Of a stretch of 64,000 bases of DNA, positions 26,448 through 38,929 are shown one piece after another (the first letter of the stretch is position 1; every line of letters begins with the position of its first letter). This DNA comes from Octopus bimaculoides. Taxonomy: Eukaryota. The stretch lies in the NCBI RefSeq assembly GCF_001194135.2, contig NC_068987.1:87746630-87810629 (forward strand), written 5' to 3'. Both the position numbers and the translations under genes were made by a program. The notes below the pieces were generated by a model that did no database searches, was not told the DNA's origin, and saw nothing but the letters and a program-made list of their open reading frames with translations.

Positions 26448-26991
26448 TGAGTCAACAAGTAATGCCATTTTGTTTAGGACAGGTATAATAACCAACACAG
26501 GAACATGTATCATACATCAAAATGAAGCTGGTCCTCTGTGGATCACATCCCTACTTCTCAACATAGTCACTGTTTCTCTCAATAGCAATGCTCCACCTTC
26601 GAATGAGAGCATGTATCCCTGCCCCGTAAAATTCTGTTGACTGTTCTTTGAGCCATTTCTTCACTACAGTTTTCACTTCCTCATCACTGGACTATCATCT
26701 CTTTGACCCCATGAAAGAGGGTTTGAGAAGCAAACATTATTCCAGTGATGAGGAAGTGAAAACTGTAGTGAAGAAATGGCTCAAAGAACAGTCAACAGAA
26801 TTTTACGGGGCAGGGAAACATGCTCTCATTCGAAGGTGGAGCATTGCCACTGAGAGAAACGGTGACTATGTTGAGAAGTAGGGATGGGATCCACAGAGGA
26901 CCAGCTTCATTTTGATGTATGATACATGTTCCTGTGTTGGTAATTATACCTGTCCTAAACAAAATGGCATTACCTTTTTGACACACCCTTG
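26442..26991. mobile_element. Mariner-derived fold-back MITE
   Basis: About 245-bp inverted arms, TA on the right flank. The right arm encodes a mariner C-terminus DYHLFDPMKEGLRSKHYSSDEEVKTVVKKWLKEQSTEFY...NGDYVEK*. Confidence 0.9.
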
Positions 26992-27549
26992 TATATGTGG
27001 GTGTGTATATGTTTGTGCTTCCTTGTCAGCACATCATGTGAAAGTTGTAAATGAGTGTCATTGGCATGCATTTCCAATTTTCTGCAGAAATTGTGTCTGG
27101 CTCTGGGGAAATATAGAGTTACTTAGAACTAGGTGGGTGTTGACAACACAAAGGGTATCTGGTTGTAGAAAATCTGCTTCAATAAACTGTCTGACCTATG
27201 CAGAGACGGAAAAGATAAAGTTAAAGCAACGATGATAATGATGTTCAAGTGAAGGTTGGAGCCGTTTTAACTTGCATTAAATAACTTTAGAGAAACCAAA
27301 GTCAAAATTCTTTAGGAAACTTCAAGTATTTTAGTTCTGTATCTACTGGTTTTGTTCTTGTTCCCATATTACTCCTCAACTGCCATATTTGATGGCATAA
27401 CAAATGCACAGACACATTAGAAGCACCCCAATTCCAGTTGCACATATTCAGGAAAATTTTCTAAGTGCATTAAAAAATATAATATTTAAAGCAATCTCAC
27501 AATACATAACAAAATATTACAAAAGTACCACAAGTACAGCAGAAAATAT

Positions 27550-27895
27550 TATCATCATCGTTTAACGTCCGTTTTCCATGCTGGCATGGGTTGGACAGTT
27601 CGACTGGGGTCTGGGAAGCCAGGAGGCTGCACCAGGCACCAGTCTGGTAATGTTTCTACAGCTGGATGCCCTTCCTAACGCCAACCACTCCGAGAGTGTA
27701 GCGGATGCTTTTTACATGCCACTGGCTCAGGGGCCCAAGGGGGCTGGCATCGACCACAATCAAATGGTGCTTTTTATGTGCCACCAGCACGGGAGCCAGT
27801 CAAGGCGGTGCTAGCATCAGCCACGTTCAGATGGTGCTTTTTACATGTCAATGGCACAGAAGCCAGTTGGGGCAAAGGGGCTGGCATTGACCACA
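27550..27895 (-). mobile_element. SINE-like family C
   Basis: CATCATCGTTTAACGTCCG tail and subrepeats. Confidence 0.85.
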
Positions 27896-27939
27896 TTAAA
27901 GTTTAATATCATCATTATTATTATCATTATGAAGTTAAG

Positions 27940-28150
27940 GCATGAGCTGGCAGAAATGTTAGCACGTCGGGTAAAATGCTTAGTGATATTTTGTCTGTCT
28001 TTACGTTCTGAGTTCAAATTCTGCTGGGGTCAGTTTTGCCTTTCATCCTTTCAGGGTTGATAAATTAAGTACCAGTTGCATACTGGAGTCGATCTAATTG
28101 ACTGGTCTTCTCCCCAAAAATTTCGGACTTTGTGCCTAGAGCAGAAAAGA
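27940..28150 (+). mobile_element. SINE family B
   Basis: Full head and core. Confidence 0.8.
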
Positions 28151-28193
28151 TTATTATTATGGAGTTAGGTGAGATAGAAGGGACCATCTAGAT

Positions 28194-28775
28194 CAGTGGT
28201 TTTCAACCGGGGTCCACATGACCCTTAGGGATTCATATAAGAATCTATCTGCAATGAATTGGTTAGGTTTCTACAATACACAAAATATTAAAATTTTTTT
28301 ATACAATATAGGCGCAGCATGGCTGTGCATAAGTGCAGCATGGCTGTGCATAAGTGCAGCATGGCTGTGTGGTAAGAAGCTTGCTTCTCAACCACATGGT
28401 TCCAGGTTCAGTTCTACTGTGTGGCACCTTGGGTAAGTGTCTACAATAGCCTCGGGCCGACCAAAGTCGTGTGTGTGTGTGTGTTCTCCCACCATCGCTT
28501 GACAACCAATGTTGGTTTGTTTATGTCCCTATAACTTAGCGGTTCAGCAAAAGAGACTGATAGAATAAGTGCTAAGCTTACAAAGAATAAGTCTTGGGGT
28601 CGATTTGTTTGACTAAAGGCAGTGCTCCAGCATGGCCACAGTCAAATGACTGAATTCCTAGTAATATTTAATAATAAAAATATTATAGGATTTTTTTTTT
28701 AATGGCTATGAGGGTTCAGTAGAGCAAAATAAAAATCACAGGGGTCCCTAGGCAAAAAATGGTTGAGAATCACTG
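28194..28775. mobile_element. hAT (Charlie-type) MITE with 8-bp TSD, containing a nested SINE
   Basis: TIRs CAGTGGTTTTCAACC / GGTTGAGAATCACTG; TSD ATCTAGAT / GTCTAGAT. Confidence 0.85.
28311..28654 (+). mobile_element. SINE family A1 with a triplicated 21-bp head unit
   Basis: GCAGCATGGCTGTGCATAAGT twice, then GCAGCATGGCTGTGTGGTAAG. Confidence 0.85.
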
Positions 28776-30314
28776 GTCTAGATTAAAATTAGCCTATAGT
28801 AATGAGCATCAGGGATATAATTTAATGAAGGCCCAACTTGCAAACAGAACCTGATGTGATTGTTTTTCAGACATTTTTAAAAATAAAATCCATCTTATAC
28901 AACATCAAATACAGTAAATATTTATAATATTGACCTAACCTTGCCAACTAAGTAAATAACACACTTTCCTATTAAGTTGGATTATTTGCTTGATTAGCTA
29001 AGCTACACTACTTGAATAACGAGGACACAAGTTGCGCAAAATGGTAGCAGAGGATACATAAAAACAAAAGAGAGGACAACTAAAACTTAGGTTAAGACAA
29101 GATCAAACCTTGTAAAGTAGGTCTCACTTCAAATGAAAAACAAACAAACACACTATATAAATTGTTACGTAATGGAAAAGTCTGTTTAATATGTTGCTAA
29201 ATTCCCACAGTATACAGGATTTTCAACAGATGTCATAAAACACACTTTATATTTCAAATTATTGACCTCAGTGAAAACATACATTTTCATAGCCATTTCA
29301 TGACAGACGCTGTCAAAAGAATTCCAAACCATCAAAGCATCATTGATTTCCTTTTTTTTAAATTTTATTCTCTGTATTTCTTGCAAACATTTGTCCTGTT
29401 GATGTAAAACATCTGCTTCCTATGTCCAAGCAGTATGGAAATACAAGCTATGAATCAATATTAACCGATGTTGCTTCTTTTTTTTTTTTCTTTGTTTCCT
29501 TTTTTTTTTTTTTTTTTTTTCATAGAAGTCATCACAGAAAAATGTACTTGCTTTGCAAACAACATTATTAAGTCATATATTGAAAACTGTGAGTGAAACA
29601 AACAATTAAAATCTTTAGAAAAAGACTAAAAGGAACTTCTTACAAAAATTAAGAGTATTTATGAACCAATTAATTATATTTTTATGAAGCAATTAACCAG
29701 AGACCTTTCTATTGAGACAAAATCAACGTTAAATGAAACTTATCGAATACTTATCGTGGCACTCCGTCGGTTACGACGACAAGGGTTCCAGTTGATCCAA
29801 TGTAACAAGACCAGATGACCTATTATTTCAATTCTCCTAGATATAGCCGGCTGCATCTGTGTGCAGGATAAGTTTACATCCTGGCTCAAGCACTTCCCAG
29901 TTGGACAGGGAACAAATAAATTACATTTTCTCTATAATTAGCTCACTCTACCACTAACACAACATACCACACACGTGTACTTTACACCTCCCCTCTCATA
30001 GCACTTACACACATTTACCTACATACACAAAACCTCCTCAGTAAGATGCCCACAATCACACACACATACACACACAAACACACACACACACACACACACA
30101 CACGCTGTTCATCATCTCAGTTGACTCAAACTTCACTTCTGCCGAGAAACACCATTTAATTCTACTAATTCCATCTATTTTTAGGAATGTTTCCTCATCT
30201 ATAAAAATATTAGTGAATTTTTCTTTTTTTTTCTACTAATCTCTTTTTCTTCCTATGTATTTTGTCAGAGAACCATGGTCTAAAACGCTGAATCTTCCCC
30301 CGTTTCTTCCCTTC

Positions 30315-30575
30315 ATCATCATCATTTAACATCCGTTTTTCCATACTAGCATGGGTTGGACAGTCTAACTGGGGACTGGCAAGCCAGGAGGCTGCACCAG
30401 GCTCCAATATGATCTGGCAATGTTTCTACAGCTGGATGCCCTTCCTAACGCCAACCACTCCGAGAGTGTAGTGCATGCCTTTTATGTGCCACCGGCACAG
30501 GAGCCAGTCAGGAAGCACTGGCATCAGCCATGTTTGGATGGTGCTTTTTACGTGCCACCAGAACAGGAGCCCCCT
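30315..30575 (-). mobile_element. SINE-like family C
   Basis: Tail and subrepeats. Confidence 0.8.
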
Positions 30576-30701
30576 GGGGAGGGGGGCTCAGTATAAAAAT
30601 TAACTTGTATACATATCTGCTTTTATAGGATTTCATTTTCTTTGTTCCTGAAATCTTTTTGCACAATTTCTTTAAACAATAGATTTAACAACATTGCATA
30701 G

Positions 30702-31070
30702 ACATGGTCATGTAGTTAAGAAGCTTGCTTCCCACGAACTTGTGGTTCCAGGTTCAATCCTACTGCTTGGTACCTTGGGCAAAAGTCTACTATAGCCTAA
30801 GGCCAACCAAATCCTTTCAGAGGATTTGGTAGATGGATACTGTAAGAATCCCATTGTGTGCGTGTATACAGACACACATACACACTCCTATCTTAACAAC
30901 ATATAATGGTTGCAAACAAGCATCAGTGTCATACAAGCAATGTCTGGCCATGGAAAAATAACTTTACCAGCAAACGGGTGAGGGTTGGTGACAGGAAGGG
31001 CATCTGATTCTAGAAAATTCCAGCTGATCCATGCAATCATGGAGAAATAGAATCAAGTGATGATGATGGA
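30702..31070 (+). mobile_element. SINE family A2 (degenerate)
   Basis: Head and GATGATGAT tail. Confidence 0.7.
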
Positions 31071-31534
31071 TTCAATAGCCATGAAGAATGTTAGAAGCTA
31101 ATTTAAAACATAATGGTTGACAGCTTTTTAAATTTTTTCTCATGATTCTTCAAGCATTGTATAAATAATTCAACAGAGAATGACAACTCATTTAAATGTT
31201 TAAATATCATGAGTTTAATATAAAGATTTTTGATGACTTAGACATCTGAATTTTGGAGTTATTAAGAAATTAATGTCTTGATAGTATCAACATTTTTCCA
31301 TATAAAAATGCAAATTCTTCAGAGATGCTTTGATATTTAAAACAAAAAGACTTATTTTGAAGCATTTTAAAGAAAATGTTGCTCTTGCAGTGACACATGG
31401 GTTTTGACACAAGGGCTTTATGATGGTTGATACAAACATGAACCTTTCAAGGAGACAAAATTACACACCTATTAAAGCAAGTCCTTGCGAAAAATTAAAA
31501 TTGCATTTCATATAAAAGCAGTCTTCGATTTCCC

Positions 31535-31903
31535 TTTCAGCATTTTAATCTCCACTTTTCTATGCTTGCATGGGTCAGGCAGAGTTTATTGAGGCAGATT
31601 TTCTATGGCCAGATGCCCTCAACTGTTTCCAAGTAAGGTGATATTTCTCCACGGCCAGCCATGTTTAGGCAGAATACGGGAAATGTGTGAAATTGCTTGT
31701 ATGATAGTGACACTCATTTACAAAGAGACCCACATACACACACGCTGCTTTTAGTTTCCATCGACTAAATCCATTCACAAGAATTTGATCAGCCAGGGGC
31801 TATACAAAAAAAAAAGACATTTCCCAAAAGTGTAGTATTGTAGGACTGAACCCAAAACCATGTGGTTGGGAAGCAAACTTCTTAAACACACAACCATGCC
31901 TGT
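31535..31903 (-). mobile_element. SINE family A2 (degenerate)
   Basis: Reverse-oriented copy. Confidence 0.65.
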
Positions 31904-31980
31904 ACCTTTGTATATGGTAACCACTCGAGTGCAGGTTTCTAAACATGTGAACCCTCAAAACACATCTGATACTCAGATTA

Positions 31981-32106
31981 CAGATGACCTTCAATAGAAT
32001 TGCATGGTCTTCACTATCAAAGGTAGCAGAGAGATAAAGTGACAAAGGTGTAAAGATAAACTGCAGTACTTGAGACTTAAGAGATGAGATTAATCCACAA
32101 TATTAC
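31981..32106. repeat. Left arm of a 126-bp inverted duplication (partner 33347-33472)
   Basis: Reverse complement of 33347-33472 with one visible mismatch. Confidence 0.9.
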
Positions 32107-32129
32107 TTGATAAGAATGAGTGTATAATC

Positions 32130-32161
<32 letters not shown>

Positions 32162-32239
32162 AAAAAAAAACTAATACAATTATATTTTGCAAAAATGTGT
32201 ACCACTAGTAAAGATAAATAGGTTGAGTGGATAAAGTCA

Positions 32240-32720
32240 TCATCAGCATCGTTTAACGTGTTTTCCATGCTAGCATGAGTTGGACGGTTCGACTGGGGTC
32301 TGGTAAGCCAAAAGGCTGCACCAGGCTCCAGTTTGATCTGGCAGTTTCTACAGCTGGATGCCCTTCCTAATGCCAACCACTCCAAGAGTGTAGTGGGTGC
32401 TTTTTACTTGCCACCGGCACAGGGGGCAGGAGGATGGCAACACCCACGATCGGTTGGTGCTTTTTACGTGCTACCGGCACAGGGATCACAACTACAATTT
32501 CCATTTGATTTTTATTTTGATGTACTTGATTCAAGGTCTCCTCAAGCACAGCATGTTGCCCTACGATCTAAGGTACTTTTGAATGGGCTGGGGCTGGTTA
32601 TGCAAAACTGGTGTAGGATACTGCCATGAACTCACTATATTTGCCGGGTCTTCATAGTCACAGCATACCTCCAGGTTTCGGTCTTTCGTCATTGCCTCTG
32701 TGAGGCCCAACATTCAAAGG
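32240..32720 (-). mobile_element. SINE-like family C
   Basis: Tail, subrepeats and a 5' body shared with 12740-13160. Confidence 0.75.
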
Positions 32721-33346
32721 TCACTGGTCCTGAGTTCAATCTGTTGTAGGTGTCTCACAACAATTTATCATACATTTCATCATCATCATCAACCCCTGGA
32801 TATTACCATGTTGAACCCTAGCACTCATAAGACCGGTCACCCAGATACTATGTTGTATAAGAGACCAAGATCGTAACATTCCCCCTGGACAGGACGCCAG
32901 CCCATTGCATCAACCCCAGTGTTTTTGTTTTTCTTTCTTTTAAGCACTGCACTTATACTATCAGTCATTTTTGCCAAACCACTAAGTTACAGGTCATAAA
33001 CACACCAAAAGCGGTTGTCAAACGGTTTACATACTACAACCTCTCTTCTTATGTCATAACGCTGACCACTCCACCCCTCCACTTCTGGTTCTGTAGTCTT
33101 GCAAACTGCATAGCAGCCTCATTAGTGCTGGTGGTATGAAAAAAAGCACCCAGTACACGTTGTCAAGTGGTTGGCATTTGGAAGGGCATCAGGCCATAGA
33201 AACCATACCAAAGCAGACACTGGAGCAGGATGCAGTCCTTGGACCTTTTGGGCCCTGAAACCATCCAGCCTTTGCCAGCATGGAACATAGATGTTAAATG
33301 ATGATGATAGAAACAGTTGCATTTTGGTGATGAATGTTATAGTGAG

Positions 33347-33472
33347 GTAATATTGTGGATTAATCTCATCTCTTAAGTCTCAAGTACTGCAGTTTATCTT
33401 TACACCTTTGTCACTTTATCTCTCTGCTACCTTTGATAGTGAAGACCATGCAATTCTTTTGAAGGTCATCTG
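33347..33472. repeat. Right arm of the 126-bp inverted duplication
   Basis: See the partner arm at 31981-32106. Confidence 0.9.
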
Positions 33473-34889
33473 CAATTCTGGACCCTGAAACCATCCAACC
33501 CTTGATACAAAGATACACACATAGATATAGATATGCATGTATACAATGGGCTTCTTTCAGTTTTTGTCAACCAAATCCACCCACAAGGCTTTAGTCAGCC
33601 TGGGGCTAAAGTAAAGAGACATGCCCAATGTGCCACACAGTGAGACTGAACCCGGAAGCATGCGATTGAGAAGCAAACTTCTTACCACACAGCCATGCCT
33701 GCTGGTCATTAAATTTGTTGTTAATTATTGATGTCCCTTTTGGGAAAACGCATTAATTATTCAAGCTAACATAAGTGTCTCTATTTGATCACATCATCTG
33801 CTACAGATACTATATATTATACCCTAACATCTTGCAAAACAGGAGAAAATAATCCTGAATGCACACGTGTCGAAGAAAAGGATGAATCAGTCAAGACTCT
33901 AATGTTATTGATCAGAGTTTTGTAAGATCAGGTTTTACCTGGAGGTAAATTACAACAAAGGAAAAAATATGTTAATGATGTAGCAATATAAATTTTATGT
34001 TTAACAATGATTACAACATAAAAGTCTTCAATCATAAAAGATCTATTTAATCAGAGATAACCCAAGTCAAATGATAATTTAATAGCCCACCAAAACATCA
34101 AGCTGCTCATTTATATTCTCAGGATATTATGGAAATAATCAAACCTTAGTTTTTGTGATATGAATGAGTATTCAGTGCTCCTTTCTAATTAAATAATCAA
34201 TTAATCTTACTTCCTAATACCATTGAATTTTTCTTTCAGACATTACAGTATATTCAGACAGTTACTACAGGACCAGTAAACAAGGATGAAACTATACTTC
34301 TGCTGATGGTAGCTACGAATGCAGAAACATTTCAAGGTTGTCTCCCTTGATTTCACCAAAGAATGTTAGCTAAACGCTGTTTTCTTGGTCACCACATTAA
34401 ATACATTTTGTTTTGATTTGGGTTTTTCCTCTGACATTGAAAACAGGATTAAATAAACCGACATTTTTATTTACTACCTACGTTGAAAAGCATTGTTTAA
34501 AACAGCCAACAAGCTACCCACCCTGCGGTTAATCAACCTGCTAGAAACAACAGCCAAATCTCTCTCCAGTCACAACTAATGGTGAAAATAGCACACATTG
34601 GATAATGTGGACCTTATATGCACTGTGAACTAAAGATAGGATGGTCATGGCTAGAACACGTGTGGTTAGAAGTCTACTTAATGAGGGCTGGCCTAAACTA
34701 TAACCAATATTTTAAACAAATCTAGATTGAACTACCGAGTGAGATTTACACAGCCAGCAATATGCATACAAGTTAGTGTGTACCTAAATAAAAGGTCACC
34801 ATGAGGGCAAGGTCTTTTATTATAGGGACCAAGGTAAAGTTTAAGCATACACACAGAACAAATATCTCTCATTGATAAGAAAAGAAAAA

Positions 34890-34970
34890 AATGGGCGGGG
34901 TATATTTACATTATGCTGAGTCTTAAGAAGCAACAGAGAAGGCATTTTATCAGTCCAGCGGAAGTGAGGG
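34890..34970. promoter_or_regulatory. Promoter-like motif cluster (GC box plus ETS site) inside intron 2
   Basis: GGGCGGGG at 34893-34900 and GCGGAAGTG at 34958-34966, at the boundary where SINE density and CpG content change. Confidence 0.35.
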
Positions 34971-35716
34971 GATTGCAGTACTTGTGACTGTAATTTAATA
35001 TTAGGGAACTAGAACACATTGTTGAGGAAATTAGAGGAAAAGTTTCCATAGGTTGGTAAACATTCCTCGCTTCAGCACCAGATAAGAAAACAATAATGCC
35101 CCCGATGCAGTCTTGTGAAGACTAGGTTATCGGGATTAAAAAAAAAGTTAGATAAGTTGACGATCGTGAAAAGTAAAAATAATTTATAAGTAAAACAGCG
35201 ATACAATATCAGGGACTTGTATAGTCAGGGGGGGGGNNNNNNNNNNNNNNNNNNNNNNNNNNNNNNNNNNNNNNNNNNNNNNNNNNNNNNNNNNNNNNNN
35301 NNNNNNNNNNNNNNNNNNNNNNNNNNNNNNNNNNNNNNNNNNNNNNNNNNNNNNNNNNNNNNNNNNNNNNNNNNNNNNNNNNNNNNNNNNNNNNNNNNNN
35401 NNNNNNNNNNNNNNNNNNNNNNNNNNNNNNNNNNNNNNNNNNNNNNNNNNNNNNNNNNNNNNNNNNNNNNNNNNNNNNNNNNNNNNNNNNNNNNNNNNNN
35501 NNNNNNNNNNNNNNNNNNNNNNNNNNNNNNNNNNNNNNNNNNNNNNNNNNNNNNNNNNNNNNNNNNNNNNNNNNNNNNNNNNNNNNNNNNNNNNNNNNNN
35601 NNNNNNNNNNNNNNNNNNNNNNNNNNNNNNNNNNNNNNNNNNNNNNNNNNNNNNNNNNNNNNNNNNNATATATATATATATACAAAGGTTAATTAATTGC
35701 AAGGAAATCAACTCAC

Positions 35717-35793
35717 CTGGATCGTACAACAACCCAGACTTGGCAGATTTGTTGGTTGCAGGATGGACCCATGAGGTAGTCTCGTGCAAATCG
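35717..35793 (-). CDS. PLEKHA7: PLEKHA5/6/7-like protein, coding exon 2 (second half of WW1 plus linker)
   Basis: Acceptor tttttctcttgtttAG, 77 nt, phase 2 to phase 1, (D)DLHETTSWVHPATNKSAKSGLLYDP, donor GTGAGT. It completes the WW1 TxWxHP motif in frame with exon 1. Confidence 0.88.
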
Positions 35794-36439
35794 CTAAACA
35801 AGAGAAAAATTGGAAGAAAAACATGACATACACAACCCTTACCGAGACATACACACAAAAAAAAACAATACACAGGTACAAACACTTTAATCAAAAATAT
35901 CCAATAAACAAAAGTTAATTAAACAAGATCGATCAACATTTTCTGATAATGAAACATTTTAATTTTTTTTTTCTTAACTATTACAATGCTTTTTATATCT
36001 AGCTAAAACTTCGTATTTTAGTGAAAATGTCGAAATTTGTCACTGAATTAATTATAATTATTATTATAAACATTATGTGTTGTTAGCCCATTTCCCTCTC
36101 ATCGGTCAGCTCTGGCCTATAAATGTTCCAGTCGTGACCATTCCATCTTTTATTGGCACAGTATATACTACGACTGCCATTATTCAGTGTCCTATCTTTT
36201 TCTTATCGTTATTTCCAAGTCAGTGAGGTGTGCGTTAAAGGCGATAAGACTGCTATTTCTAGCAGATCTAGAAACATGGTAGAAGATCGATAAATAATTA
36301 TTGGAAGTGTCTATGTTAAAAAAACTCGGTGAATGTGAAAAATAGTCGTTTGTATGTATGAGTTTGGAGTCGATATAATGTTTTATAGTCTTCGATCAAC
36401 ATTCTTAAGGATATGTAGCTGGGGGGGGGGGGCAATATG

Positions 36440-36516
36440 CAGGATGCCCATAAATTGCCTTTACAATTTGGAATGTGGAAGTTTCAAAGTTGTAAAGATA
36501 ATTTATAGACACCCTG
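36440..36516. mobile_element. 77-bp Tc1/mariner-type MITE (MADE1-like hairpin)
   Basis: About 30-bp TIRs CAGGATGCCCATAAATTGCCTTTACAA / TTGTAAAGATAATTTATAGACACCCTG followed by TA. Confidence 0.75.
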
Positions 36517-36610
36517 TATATCTCTTACTATAACAAAAGGTGTGGAAATAGTTGTGACACGAAATTTCAGATTTATACTGAGATTATGTGACGTTCATGT
36601 CCTTCTGAAA

Positions 36611-36936
36611 TGTTGTTGGCACTCCATCGCTTACGACGTCGAGGGTTCCAGTTGATCAGATTAACGGAACAGCCTGCTCATGAAATTAACGTGCAAGTGG
36701 CTGAGCACTCCACAGACATGTGTACCCTTAACGTAGTTCTCGGGGATATTCAGTGTGACACAGTGTGACAAGGCTGACCCTTTCAATTACAGGCACAACA
36801 GAAACAGGAAGTAAGTGTGAGAGAAAGTTGTGGTGGAGCTTTAGGTGTTTTCGCTCAATAAACACTCACAACTCCCAGGCTGGGAATCGAAACCGCGAGT
36901 CCGCTATCCTAACCACTGGGCCATTGCGCCTCCACT
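36611..36936 (-). mobile_element. tRNA-headed SINE family E (GGAACCCTCG..GTCGTAA.CGA.GGAGTGCCAAC tail)
   Basis: Full reverse-oriented copy. Confidence 0.85.
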
Positions 36937-37465
36937 CAAATACATAAGATATAAAGAAATAAAATTACTACAACGACCAGAAATCGAAACTAGAAAGCAT
37001 GTCCCAGGTACCATGCTATAACGTTTAACTCAACTAAGCTCCACACATACCAGTTATTACCAAGCATACATATAAAGGAAACTCCAGCTGTGACCATCAG
37101 GTCTTTTTTTTTTTTTTTTTTTTTTTTTTGTCTAGGATCAAATTGTCCAATATGTCCCTTTAAAAGGAAAAGAAAGGATAGTAGGGCGTTATATACTTTC
37201 ATAGATCAGGGTTTATGTTTTGCGAAACACACCCCTTAACTGAGACAACAAACTTGCGACAGCTATAAAGATGTATTGCCTGTTGTTTCGACCCAGAACA
37301 ATCCTGAAACGGCAAGACTATAACCAAAAGCGCTCCAACTATAACCATTTCATCTTTTGGCATCTTTCATTTATTTATTACCGCCTTAAAAGAAATAAAC
37401 AGGTTGTTGGCACGGCTGCAATCTCTAGCAGGTGTATGTCGTTGTACAATACATAGGGCAGACTT

Positions 37466-37824
37466 AAGTGGAGACACAATGGCCCAGTGGTTAGGGTAGC
37501 GGTAGGATCGCGGTTTCGATTCCCAGACCGGGCGTTGTGAGTGTTTATTGAGCGAAAATACCGGCAGGGGATGGTGGCGAACCCTGCTGTACTCTTTCAC
37601 CACAACTTTCTCTCACTCTTTCTTCCTGTTTCTGTTGTGCCTCTAATTCAAAGGGTTAGCCTTGTCACACTGTGTCACGCTGAATCTCCCCGAGAACTAC
37701 GTTAAGGGTACACGTGTCTGTGGAGTACTCAGCCACTTGCACGTTAATTTCACGAGCAGGTTATTCCGTTGATCGGATCAACTGGAACCCTCGACGTCGT
37801 AAGCGACGGAGTGCCAACAACAAC
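37466..37824 (+). mobile_element. SINE family E with TSD
   Basis: AGGGCAGACTT at 37455-37465 and 37825-37835. Confidence 0.88.
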
Positions 37825-38929
37825 AGGGCAGACTTGAAGAATAGCTATCGCTATATCACAGAGAAGGAAATGGGTAAGTCTTTTATAAATTTTCATACAA
37901 CGGAAATTACTATTCTGAAAAAAAAAAAAAAAGTGGCGGGGTCCGAAATTTTTATTTAAAATAAAAAATATTTTTGCTNNNNNNNNNNNNNNNNNNNNNN
38001 NNNNNNNNNNNNNNNNNNNNNNNNNNNNNNNNNNNNNNNNNNNNNNNNNNNNNNNNNNNNNNNNNNNNNNNNNNNNNNNNNNNNNNNNNNNNNNNNNNNN
38101 NNNNNNNNNNNNNNNNNNNNNNNNNNNNNNNNNNNNNNNNNNNNNNNNNNNNNNNNNNNNNNNNTATTCCGTTGATCGGATCAACTGGAACCCTCGACGT
38201 CGTAAGCGACGGAGTGCCAACAACAACAGGGCAGACTTGAAGAATAGCTATCGCTATATCACAGAGAAGGAAATGGGTAAGTCTTTTATAAATTTTCATA
38301 CAACGGAAATTACTATTCTGAAAAAAAAAAAAAAGTGGCGGGGTCCGAAATTTTTATTTAAAATAAAAAATATTTTTGCTCCTCAATTCCTTGGTCTTTT
38401 CCTTCCCCAAGAGATATTGATAGCTGTCCATTATAAATAGGTCTGGATGTTGTGAACACAACCATTTGGATAAGAAGAACTAAAGCCAGAATTTTATTTC
38501 CTTTCCTTTTGAAATAGTTAAAAACACTCCAAATTGCGTCACTTGGGAATGGCATGAATGTCAAAACATCCGATTTGTTTCTTTACATAAATATAACACT
38601 TCAATATTTATAAAAGAAAGGTTTTATACGTGTCCCACACACCTCGATTATATGTGTATGTGTGGAATGTGTGAAAGTGTAATTGAATATATAAGCTGAC
38701 AATACTTGGGAGCTATCAAGTGGAAGCATTTGAGGCTATGTCCGATTATTTAAGTAAATGTACTCATATTCAGTGCACGTGGGTGGATGAACCGACATAC
38801 ACCCATAAACAAAAACAGGTGAGAGACAATCCGGAAGAGGCGTAAGTAGAGGAAAACCATTGTTAATATCCCTTCAGGTTAACAGCTGACCTCAGAAAGA
38901 CAAAACGTAGGTGTTTTGAGGAGGAAGAG

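Noticed and set aside
26648-26881. Mariner ORF as a functional transposase gene
   Set aside because: Only the C-terminal ~65 residues are present, inside a fold-back MITE.
29186-29395. Minus-strand open frame DKCLQEIQRIKFKKKEINDALMVWNSF... with possible AG/GT sites (29395-29283)
   Set aside because: The phase is incompatible with exons 2 and 3 and I recognise no homology. It may be chance, and RNA-seq would settle it.
37760-38381. ~220-bp identical direct duplication flanking the 37979-38164 gap
   Set aside because: Identical copies abut an N gap on both sides, which is typical of unmerged contig overlap.
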